The notes below the pieces were generated by a model that was not told the origin of the DNA, did not search any database, and saw only the letters and a list, made by a program, of their open reading frames with translations. 64,000 nucleotides of DNA from a virus. Of the stretch, positions 36,232-43,802 are shown in pieces. The translations under genes were made by a program, and so were the position numbers. The stretch is taken from the IMG/VR virus record IMGVR_UViG_3300017917_000601, positions 1 through 64,000 of that record; one strand, given 5' to 3'. The number at the start of each line of letters is the position of its first letter. Within the stretch, counting starts at the first letter, position 1.

Positions 36232-37697
36232 TGCAATATTTTTACGATGCACAGATAAGACGATATCTAATACAGACTATTCGTGTTCTAAGTAATTTTA
36301 CTGTAAGATACAGTGATGGAACTCTTAGACAAATACCAGTAATGTACGGAGATAGTGATCGTCAAGCCGCAACTATTATCAATCAAAACTCTGAAAATAC
36401 TCTACGTTCAGTACCAAGGATCGCTGTTTATATTACTGGATTAGATATTGATAGAGACAGATTAAGTGATGCTAGTTTCGTAGGTAAAGTGCATGTTCGT
36501 GAGAGAGCTGTAGAAAATGGACAATACACTTCAGGGCAAGGACGTAACTATACAGTTGAACGTCTAATGCCTACTCCGTTTAAACTTACTATGAAGTGTG
36601 ACATTTGGGCCAGCAACACTGATCAAAAGTTGCAGATTTTAGAACAGCTATTAGTGTTGTTTAATCCTAGTCTTGAACTTCAAACATCTGACAACTACCT
36701 AGACTGGACTAGCCTAAGTGTATTAAATTTAAACAATGTTAACTGGAGCAGTAGGACAGTTCCTGTTGGCACTGACAGTCAAATAGATGTAGCAACATTA
36801 ACATTAGATACACCTATTTGGATCAGCCCGCCTGCTAAAGTTAAACATCTTGGTGTTATTACAAAAATTATTACCAGTTTGTACGATGCATCTGTTACTG
36901 ATAACAACACTTACATTGAAGGTCTAGGACAGCCTCTAGTTCCTGCACAGACTACACTAAGCTCGTTATTAGCTCGAGACGTTGTTACTATTACAGACTA
37001 CGATCTCCAAGTCTACAATGGCAGAGGTATCTTATTACCAAGAAGTGAAAGCAGTATTCCTAGAGAACCCACACTAGATGTTCCTGTTAGACAGGGCAAT
37101 ACATCAATTAGCTGGTTAGAAGTATTTGAAAAATATCCAGGCAAATACACAGCAGGATCGAGTACACTTTACGTCATGCAACCTAACGGAACAGAAATTG
37201 TTGGTACAGTTGCGGTTGATCCGTTAGATGAATTCACACTAATGGTAAATTGGGATTCTGACACATATCCTAGCGATACACTAATTGACTCAAGTGGTCT
37301 AATGTTAGGTGATCAAGGGTTTGATCAAAACTCTGCTAGAGGAACATTTGATGCAATCATTGACCCTACAAAAGTTTATCCAGGAAACGGAATTTCAAAT
37401 CTTGTAGCTGGTGATAGATTTTTAATAATTGAAGATATTATAGATACTAGTGCTAATGATGTTTCTGCAAGAGCTTGGGGTACGTTTGTAGCTAAGGCTA
37501 ACGATATTATCGAGTGGACAGGCACTGCATGGCAAGTAATATTTGAAGCCGCTCAAGAAACAGACACTCTCATATGGCAGACTAATATATACAAGAGCCA
37601 AGCTAATACTAGAATACAGTTTGTATGGAACGGTGTTCAGTGGGCTAAGAGCTTTGAAGGTGAATATACGGTAGGCCAATGGAGACTAGAACTGTAA
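36231..37697 (+). CDS. gp15: Tail terminator/sheath stabiliser, T4 gp15-like, with C-terminal extension
   Basis: YFYDAQIRRY, IPVMYG, PRIAV, PTPFKL, QILEQLLVLFNP. Confidence 0.85.
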   Translation: MQYFYDAQIRRYLIQTIRVLSNFTVRYSDGTLRQIPVMYGDSDRQAATIINQNSENTLRSVPRIAVYITGLDIDRDRLSDASFVGKVHVRERAVENGQYTSGQGRNYTVERLMPTPFKLTMKCDIWASNTDQKLQILEQLLVLFNPSLELQTSDNYLDWTSLSVLNLNNVNWSSRTVPVGTDSQIDVATLTLDTPIWISPPAKVKHLGVITKIITSLYDASVTDNNTYIEGLGQPLVPAQTTLSSLLARDVVTITDYDLQVYNGRGILLPRSESSIPREPTLDVPVRQGNTSISWLEVFEKYPGKYTAGSSTLYVMQPNGTEIVGTVAVDPLDEFTLMVNWDSDTYPSDTLIDSSGLMLGDQGFDQNSARGTFDAIIDPTKVYPGNGISNLVAGDRFLIIEDIIDTSANDVSARAWGTFVAKANDIIEWTGTAWQVIFEAAQETDTLIWQTNIYKSQANTRIQFVWNGVQWAKSFEGEYTVGQWRLEL

Positions 37698-38128
37698 CTG
37701 ATAAGATTGTATGTAGCGGAGCATTGTTCTACGCTAAATCTACACGAAGATTCTTACTGTTACAAAAAGCCAACGGCAAACATCAAGGAACTTGGGGCCT
37801 AGTAGGCGGCACAAACCTACAAAATGAAAATCCTTGGCAAGGTCTACAGCGAGAAATTGCCGAGGAAATTGGTGTTACTCCTGCAATCATTAAAACTATT
37901 CCTCTAGAAACGTTTGTTAGCAACGACAAAGTTTTTAATTTTCACACCTACTTGTGTGTTATTGAGGATGAGTTTATTCCAAAATTAAGCCCAGAACATT
38001 GTGCCTGGGCTTGGTCAACTATTGATTGGGCTCCTAAACCGTTACACCAGGGTTTAAGAAATAGTTTTTCTAGTAAGATTATAAGAGCTAAATTACAGAC
38101 AGTATTTGATATTGTTGACTTAATTTAA
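37679..38128 (+). CDS. NUDIX hydrolase
   Basis: Complete Nudix box G-TNLQN-E-NPWQGLQ-REIAEEIG. Confidence 0.92.
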   Translation: METRTVTDKIVCSGALFYAKSTRRFLLLQKANGKHQGTWGLVGGTNLQNENPWQGLQREIAEEIGVTPAIIKTIPLETFVSNDKVFNFHTYLCVIEDEFIPKLSPEHCAWAWSTIDWAPKPLHQGLRNSFSSKIIRAKLQTVFDIVDLI

Positions 38129-38331
38129 GCCTCATCTAACTTATAGAATGTGTATCTTTCAATATTTTGATCTGGGTGTTTCGCTATAGACAATTTTCTT
38201 CCAGAGCATTTAAAAGAATATTCAGATAACTCCGCATCTGGCATGCTTGCAGTATCAAATCCTAGATCTATTCTCCAAGAAAATCTCGGATATTTAGTGT
38301 GTATTTCTGTAACTTCTTCGTCAGTAAACAT
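38125..38331 (-). CDS. Small hypothetical protein
   Basis: GATAAATA and AGGA upstream. Confidence 0.6.
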   Translation of the reverse strand: MFTDEEVTEIHTKYPRFSWRIDLGFDTASMPDAELSEYSFKCSGRKLSIAKHPDQNIERYTFYKLDEA

Positions 38332-38430
38332 AAGTTATTCCTCTCTGATTGATTATTTATCGACGACTATCGCCAAATGATTTGTTTTATTTGCTAGAAT
38401 AAGATAAAATAAGCTACTTAGAGGTAAAAC

Positions 38431-39216
38431 ATGTTTTTTAAAAAATCTACAATATACCTAGACTGTTATACAACCCAAACACATGTTTATGATCTATTCA
38501 AAATTGAATCGGCCAAAAAACACGTTCCTGATTGGTTTAGGGAGTTGCCTAACACGTTTGACGACCCTCGTTCGATAATTCCAATACCTACTGCAAAAAC
38601 TTGCTCAGGTATTGCTAGTTTTTTTAGAACTGGATTTATTATTCCATTATGGTCTGATGCTAAACTAGGTTATGCTCCTATACCCAACGGTTACACTACT
38701 ACTATTCAACCAGTTACACAGTTCTCTGATCAACTAACAAAGTGTCAGATACACGAACAAAAACAAATTGGCAAGGATTTTATGCCTGATAATCTCTATG
38801 CTCATTTTAAAATATTTTCCCCTTGGGTTTTTGAGTGTAGTGAAAATATCGACTGGCTGTGGTTGCAACCAACATATAACTTTAAAGAACCAGATAGCAT
38901 AACAGTCTTACCTGGTGTACTAGACTTTAAGTATAATTCAAATGTTTTTATTAATTTTAGCATAAGAAAAACCAGCCCGTCTAATTCACCTAACTTACTA
39001 AGTTTAGAAGCAGGACAACCGTTAGTTCATTTAGTTCCAATAACTGATAAAGAAGTTATTGTTAGAAATCACATTGTAACTGTTGACCAATGGAATAAGA
39101 TTTCTCAAAAAAATAACAGAGTATTCTTTTCTAATAATCACAACAAAAAACGAAAACTATTGCAGGAGCAAGAAGTTTTAAAAAGCAAGTGCCCTTTTGG
39201 ATTTAAAAAATTATGA
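38431..39216 (+). CDS. Hypothetical beta-rich protein heading the oxygenase cluster
   Basis: PDWF...TAKTC.GI...GFIIPLWSD...LPGVLD...AGQPLVHLVP; KCPF C-terminus; GAGGT SD. Confidence 0.65.
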   Translation: MFFKKSTIYLDCYTTQTHVYDLFKIESAKKHVPDWFRELPNTFDDPRSIIPIPTAKTCSGIASFFRTGFIIPLWSDAKLGYAPIPNGYTTTIQPVTQFSDQLTKCQIHEQKQIGKDFMPDNLYAHFKIFSPWVFECSENIDWLWLQPTYNFKEPDSITVLPGVLDFKYNSNVFINFSIRKTSPSNSPNLLSLEAGQPLVHLVPITDKEVIVRNHIVTVDQWNKISQKNNRVFFSNNHNKKRKLLQEQEVLKSKCPFGFKKL

Positions 39217-39758
39217 TAGCAGACCACGCATTTAGACCCAACGTTTATACACCTGAAGAGTGTGCAGAAATATGCCGACTCATGGAGGCAAACATCAATG
39301 TAGCGATACGAGATTTACCAAGCAAAGACTCAGTTAAAACTTCTAAAGTCGGCATGGTAGAATTTGGAAAAGTCAAAGATAAATTAGAAAAATTCAAAAA
39401 TATATGCCTCGACGGTAATAAACATTTATTTGGTTTTGATCTTTTTCAGTACACAGACCTAGAATATTTGATGTATAATGTCTACGACGTCGGTGGGGAA
39501 TACAGCTGGCACATTGATGGTAGCCGTGGAGAAATTAAAGATATTAAACTAACTGCACTACTTAATGTAAGTACTGAACCATATGAAGGCGGAGAATTAG
39601 AAGTATTCTTTAGTTCTAAACCAGAACCCATTACCCAATTTAGAGCGCCAGGATCATTTTTTATTTTCCCTAGCTGGATGCCACATCGGGTTACTCCAGT
39701 AACTAGTGGCCGTAGAACAACCATTACCTTATTTTTACAAGGCCCAAATTTTAGATAA
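39213..39758 (+). CDS. 2OG-Fe(II) oxygenase, prolyl-4-hydroxylase/PKHD-like
   Basis: YSWHID, KLT, YEGGEL, FPSWMPHRVTPVTSGRR. Confidence 0.92.
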   Translation: MIADHAFRPNVYTPEECAEICRLMEANINVAIRDLPSKDSVKTSKVGMVEFGKVKDKLEKFKNICLDGNKHLFGFDLFQYTDLEYLMYNVYDVGGEYSWHIDGSRGEIKDIKLTALLNVSTEPYEGGELEVFFSSKPEPITQFRAPGSFFIFPSWMPHRVTPVTSGRRTTITLFLQGPNFR

Positions 39759-39768
39759 AAGGATCAAT

Positions 39769-40362
39769 ATGAATATTCACAGCCTATTTCCACAACCAGT
39801 TGCTCAAGTTAATCTTAATAGAAAATTAACTGAAGAAGAGTACAACTGCATAATGACTCAAGAGTTAAGGCCAGATTTTGTAAATGCTATTAGTAATGAT
39901 TTTAAAGTATTGGATCGTCCAGAACTAAAACAAATCAAAGCGTTTTGTGAGTACTATACAAACATTTTCTTTGAAAAAGTATTTGATCCCATGACAGAGA
40001 TAAAACCACAGTTAACTCTTAGTTGGGTAAACTATAATAAAAAAGGTGATTGGTGTAACGAACACAATCATTCAAATAGCGTTATTAGTGGTGTATTTTA
40101 TGTACAGACCTACGACAATGATGCTATTATGTTTCATAATGAACCACAGTTTAGACAGCTATCTTGGTTAAATCGAGAAGACAATCCATGGAACGCTGAA
40201 ATGGCAATGTTTCCTGCAATCGAAGGCGACCTATTGTTGTTCAAATCTGATATGAAGCATCGAGTAGTACCAGTGCAACACGATAAAGTGCGTGTGAGTT
40301 TAGCGTTTAATGCATGGATCAGCGGTGATATTGGTGACGACTTGAGTGCTTTAAAACTCTAA
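39769..40362 (+). CDS. 2OG-Fe(II) oxygenase-like protein (HxH type; start MNIHSL)
   Basis: SWVN...HNHSNSVISGVFYV...GDLLLFKS..KHRV...RVSLAFN; AGGA SD. Confidence 0.88.
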   Translation: MNIHSLFPQPVAQVNLNRKLTEEEYNCIMTQELRPDFVNAISNDFKVLDRPELKQIKAFCEYYTNIFFEKVFDPMTEIKPQLTLSWVNYNKKGDWCNEHNHSNSVISGVFYVQTYDNDAIMFHNEPQFRQLSWLNREDNPWNAEMAMFPAIEGDLLLFKSDMKHRVVPVQHDKVRVSLAFNAWISGDIGDDLSALKL

Positions 40363-40371
40363 GGATCTATT

Positions 40372-40947
40372 ATGCAGATTTATGAAAATATATTACCTAA
40401 TGCGCTACTAAGAAAAGTACAAGACGTTGTATTACACGACGGAACACCGTGGCAGTTTACAACTACTACTAACCAATCTGCTACTGATAAGTTATACGGA
40501 TATAGTTGGGGGCATATTGCTTTGGATCAAAACGGCCCAAAAACTGCGGCAGCTGACGTATTACACACTGCGATTTTAATTGCTTTAGAAAACGCTGAAC
40601 AACCTGTCAAAGAAATTTATAGAATACGATTAGGTCTACTAACTGTTACACACGAACGTAGAGTAAACGATCCTCATATAGATATAGATGTTCCGCATAA
40701 AACTGGTTTAATCTATCTCAACGAAGCTGACGGCCCGACTATATTTTATGAAAACAAATATAACACTAGCAGTAGGCTAAAAGGCATGCAATATTTAGAA
40801 AAGGTAATAGGTGATAAGTTAAAAATTGCAGAAGAAGTTGATCCAGTAGTCAATCGAATGGTCATATTTGATGGATTAACTTATCACTCTAGCACTACGC
40901 CTACTACTGTTCCAAGGCGTGTTGTGTTAAACTTTAACTTTAATTAA
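40372..40947 (+). CDS. 2OG-Fe(II) oxygenase-like protein
   Basis: PHID...LIYLNEADGPT...NRMVIFDG..YHSS..P...RVVLNFN. Confidence 0.88.
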   Translation: MQIYENILPNALLRKVQDVVLHDGTPWQFTTTTNQSATDKLYGYSWGHIALDQNGPKTAAADVLHTAILIALENAEQPVKEIYRIRLGLLTVTHERRVNDPHIDIDVPHKTGLIYLNEADGPTIFYENKYNTSSRLKGMQYLEKVIGDKLKIAEEVDPVVNRMVIFDGLTYHSSTTPTTVPRRVVLNFNFN

Positions 40948-41351
40948 TGACTATGTCCGTGTATTTTGCAAAAAGGCTCTTCTTCAGATTTTGGCCTTAG
41001 TAACGGTAATAGTTTTATATCTAACGGCATTACAGATCTTTCGCCTGCGCTGGCGTAATACCAAACACCGTTTTCCATAAGATAATAATCTTCACAGAAG
41101 AACTTCTCAAAATGTCTCATGAAATCAGCAAAGTTAAAAAATGTCAGTGCAGGCGTAGCTACATCTGCTGGTTGATTTGCTGATTCTGTAATATATTTTT
41201 GAGAACCTTGATCAATCAAAGTTTTTACACGAGCTTGATCTTTCCAGTGTGATTGTAAGCAAGGTGCAAGATTGACGTAATCTCCAGATTCGCACATTAT
41301 TGCCTTAATAATTTTTCCTTCTAATATTGCGATAGCTGATTTGGTCTCCAT
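40944..41351 (-). CDS. Hypothetical protein
   Basis: AAGGA SD; convergent with the oxygenase cluster. Confidence 0.65.
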   Translation of the reverse strand: METKSAIAILEGKIIKAIMCESGDYVNLAPCLQSHWKDQARVKTLIDQGSQKYITESANQPADVATPALTFFNFADFMRHFEKFFCEDYYLMENGVWYYASAGERSVMPLDIKLLPLLRPKSEEEPFCKIHGHSH

Positions 41352-41422
41352 AATGTTCCTTTGTGGTTATCTATTACTTAGTAGATTCTAAAATACTTTA
41401 TTTTTCTTTAGAAAAACTGCTG

Positions 41423-41463
41423 TATAAATAGCATTGTACTGCCTTCCCAAATAAAGATAAATA
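41423..41463 (+). promoter_or_regulatory. Tandem late promoters for the Cys-rich cassette
   Basis: TATAAATA at 41423-41430 and GATAAATA at 41456-41463, then GAGG SD. Confidence 0.65.
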
Positions 41464-41491
41464 CTAGTAGATTATTGGCAGAGGAAAAAAC

Positions 41492-42028
41492 ATGGCATCA
41501 TTGCAAAGTTCCACAGTTAGCGGAAACATTACAGCTAGCACCGGTGTTTATAAAGCTGGAGGCAACCAAACCCCATGGTATCGTATTCAGCATTGTGCTG
41601 ATGCTACTAGCACAAGCATTTGTAATCCAACTTATTCATGCGGTTGGTTACATATTAGAACACCGTTACCTGCTACAAACGCGGCTAGCGGTATTGGTTG
41701 GAATCCAAACATTGTAGAAGTCGTTGGTTTTCATACATACAGCGGTGAAGTTACTAGCGATTTTAAAGCTATTGTGAATAATAGCGGATACAGTGATAAT
41801 GCTTGGTACGGGAATCAAATTCGAGCAAATCAAAGTAACTATAGTAGTATGGTTGTTTATCAGTCATCTAACAACTACGGAGGTCTCAGACGTGTATGCA
41901 TTGCTGTTCCAAAGATAGGTTGTTGTTGCCAGGGGTGGATTTGGATACGCTGGTGGAATAACAGTGGCTATCGTGCTGACTTTGCTTGGGGAGTCGGTGC
42001 AAATAGTTCGAGCTCCTCAATATTTTAA
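41492..42028 (+). CDS. Cys/His-rich paralogue A (CCC motif), putative fibre-tip protein
   Basis: HC, LHIRTP, GW.P..EVVGFHTYSGE, YGG.RRVC, GCCCQG.IW.RW. Confidence 0.75.
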   Translation: MASLQSSTVSGNITASTGVYKAGGNQTPWYRIQHCADATSTSICNPTYSCGWLHIRTPLPATNAASGIGWNPNIVEVVGFHTYSGEVTSDFKAIVNNSGYSDNAWYGNQIRANQSNYSSMVVYQSSNNYGGLRRVCIAVPKIGCCCQGWIWIRWWNNSGYRADFAWGVGANSSSSSIF

Positions 42029-42037
42029 GGATATAAA

Positions 42038-42562
42038 ATGGCAAGTTTACAAGGAACGACAGTTAACGGATTACTGACAATAACAGGACAGACTGTTCTT
42101 GCAGGGAATTCAAATATTAGCCCATGGGTGCAATTAAGCCACTGTCCTACACAATACTCTGTAGCAAATAATAGATTACACGTAAGAACACCGATCCCGG
42201 GAAACGCAATGGGTTGGAATCCGTTTATTTTGGAAGTAGTTGGTTATCATACATATAGCGGTGAAGTTACAGAAGATTTTAAAGCTGTTATGAATGTTAA
42301 CGGTAGTCAAGGATCTCCTACTGGGTGGTACGGTAGTCAAATTTTTTCAAATAATGGTACAAACACAGCACCGTTTGTATATCTATCCAACAGTACATAC
42401 GGTGGTGAACATCGCGTATGTTTTTCAGTAAACATGGTTAGCTGTTGTTGTACTGGAAATATTTGGGTAAGATGGTTTAATGGTTCAAGTTATTGGAATA
42501 GTTTTGCTTGGGCAACTGCTTCGTCTAGCGATAGCCAGGCTAGTCCAGTTAAGCAATTTTAA
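42038..42562 (+). CDS. Cys/His-rich paralogue B (CCC motif)
   Basis: Same motif series; SCCCTG; AAGGA SD. Confidence 0.75.
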   Translation: MASLQGTTVNGLLTITGQTVLAGNSNISPWVQLSHCPTQYSVANNRLHVRTPIPGNAMGWNPFILEVVGYHTYSGEVTEDFKAVMNVNGSQGSPTGWYGSQIFSNNGTNTAPFVYLSNSTYGGEHRVCFSVNMVSCCCTGNIWVRWFNGSSYWNSFAWATASSSDSQASPVKQF

Positions 42563-42577
42563 AGAGATAAGTACAAC

Positions 42578-43123
42578 ATGGCAACATTTAACGTAAACAC
42601 AACAATTAATGGAGACTTTACTAGTTCAACTGCTATTTTAGACGGACAAAGTGACATGACTGAGTGGTATCAGCTCAATCATTGTGTTTGTCCAAGTAGT
42701 GACGGGACTAGTGACTGTATTGGTAACGGTAGACCATATCTGCATGTTAGAACACCAATACCTGCAGACGAGTCTGCAGGTGTAGGTTGGGGGCCTTACA
42801 TTTTAGAAGTAGTTGGATATCACAGCTACTCAGGAGAGAGATGGCACGATTTTAAAGCTATTGTAAACACAACCGGTGATGGTACAAATTCTTGGTACGG
42901 AAGCCAAGTCCGTGTTAATACTGGTAATGCTAGTTCTGAACCGTTTGTGTATAGATCTTCAAGCACTTATGGCGGATTTAGACGTATGTGTTTTGCTATT
43001 GGTAAAATTAGCTGTTGCTGTACTGGAAACCTATGGGTTCGTATTTGGACTAACAGTGGGTTTAGAGCTAGTTTTCCATGGGCTACAGAAACTGCTAATA
43101 CAAACAGCACACTAAGATTTTAA
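42578..43123 (+). CDS. Cys/His-rich paralogue C (CCC motif)
   Basis: Same motif series; SCCCTG; GATAAGTA 4 nt before the ATG. Confidence 0.75.
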   Translation: MATFNVNTTINGDFTSSTAILDGQSDMTEWYQLNHCVCPSSDGTSDCIGNGRPYLHVRTPIPADESAGVGWGPYILEVVGYHSYSGERWHDFKAIVNTTGDGTNSWYGSQVRVNTGNASSEPFVYRSSSTYGGFRRMCFAIGKISCCCTGNLWVRIWTNSGFRASFPWATETANTNSTLRF

Positions 43124-43135
43124 AGGAAAAAGATT

Positions 43136-43534
43136 ATGTATCATTACAGATGGCAAATTGCTAGAGTTGATGGATTTCAGCAACACCCCGAGTTAACATT
43201 AGAAAATGTTATTGCTGAAGTATATTGGGAATTAGAAGTAAGAGACACAAGTGACATGAGTGTTCATTACATTCGTGCAATGACTAAACTTCCAGATCCT
43301 ACACCAAACGATTTTACTGATTATATTGATTTAAATCATACCGATATTTTATCAATGGTATGGTCAGTCGAAGGCGGTAGAGAAGCACTTGAACAGAGAG
43401 CTAAACAAGAGCTAGATGAATTAAGAAATCCTGCTACAAAGATTCAAACATTACCAAAACACTGGTTAGCAGATTGCTGTCCAGATGGTACAAATATTGA
43501 TTTAGCCGGAGCAGTTAGTTCTTCCGAAGGTTAA
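43136..43534 (+). CDS. Acidic fibre-associated accessory protein
   Basis: W.I..VD...V.W...F.DY.DL...W...NP pattern resembling small proteins that follow fibre genes; C-terminal DCCP; AAGGA SD. Confidence 0.55.
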   Translation: MYHYRWQIARVDGFQQHPELTLENVIAEVYWELEVRDTSDMSVHYIRAMTKLPDPTPNDFTDYIDLNHTDILSMVWSVEGGREALEQRAKQELDELRNPATKIQTLPKHWLADCCPDGTNIDLAGAVSSSEG

Positions 43535-43536
43535 GC

Positions 43537-43764
43537 ATGAGTTTAAAAGATACAGTTACACATTTTAAAGATATCGTTGTAAAAGCTGGTCAAACACTTG
43601 ACGAAGCAATTGAAGAAAATCGCAAGCAGGGAAAAATTAAATTAGACATCTGCAAACAATGCGAAAACTTTAATATGTCTACGAGATTTTGTGGAATATG
43701 TCATTGCTTTATGCCAGCAAAAACTCGAATACCAGGAATGAAATGTCCAATTGACAAGTGGTAA
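43537..43764 (+). CDS. Small six-Cys putative metal-binding protein
   Basis: ICKQC...CGICHCF..AKT....CPIDKW. Confidence 0.75.
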   Translation: MSLKDTVTHFKDIVVKAGQTLDEAIEENRKQGKIKLDICKQCENFNMSTRFCGICHCFMPAKTRIPGMKCPIDKW

Positions 43765-43790
43765 AAAAAAGGGCTCTAAGAGCCCTTTTT
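43763..43790. terminator. Bidirectional intrinsic terminator
   Basis: AAAAAGGGCTC-TAA-GAGCCCTTTTT between convergent genes. Confidence 0.88.
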
Positions 43791-43802
43791 ATTCTTTCTA
43801 GT

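Noticed and set aside
28160-43123. Diversity-generating retroelement acting on the C1q or CCC paralogues
   Set aside because: No reverse transcriptase in the window and no template/variable repeat pair differing only at adenines was seen; the paralogues diverge at all base types
34801-43764. Plus-strand block as an invertible (shufflon-like) segment
   Set aside because: No recombinase and no flanking inverted repeats seen; the boundaries are ordinary divergent promoters and a bidirectional terminator
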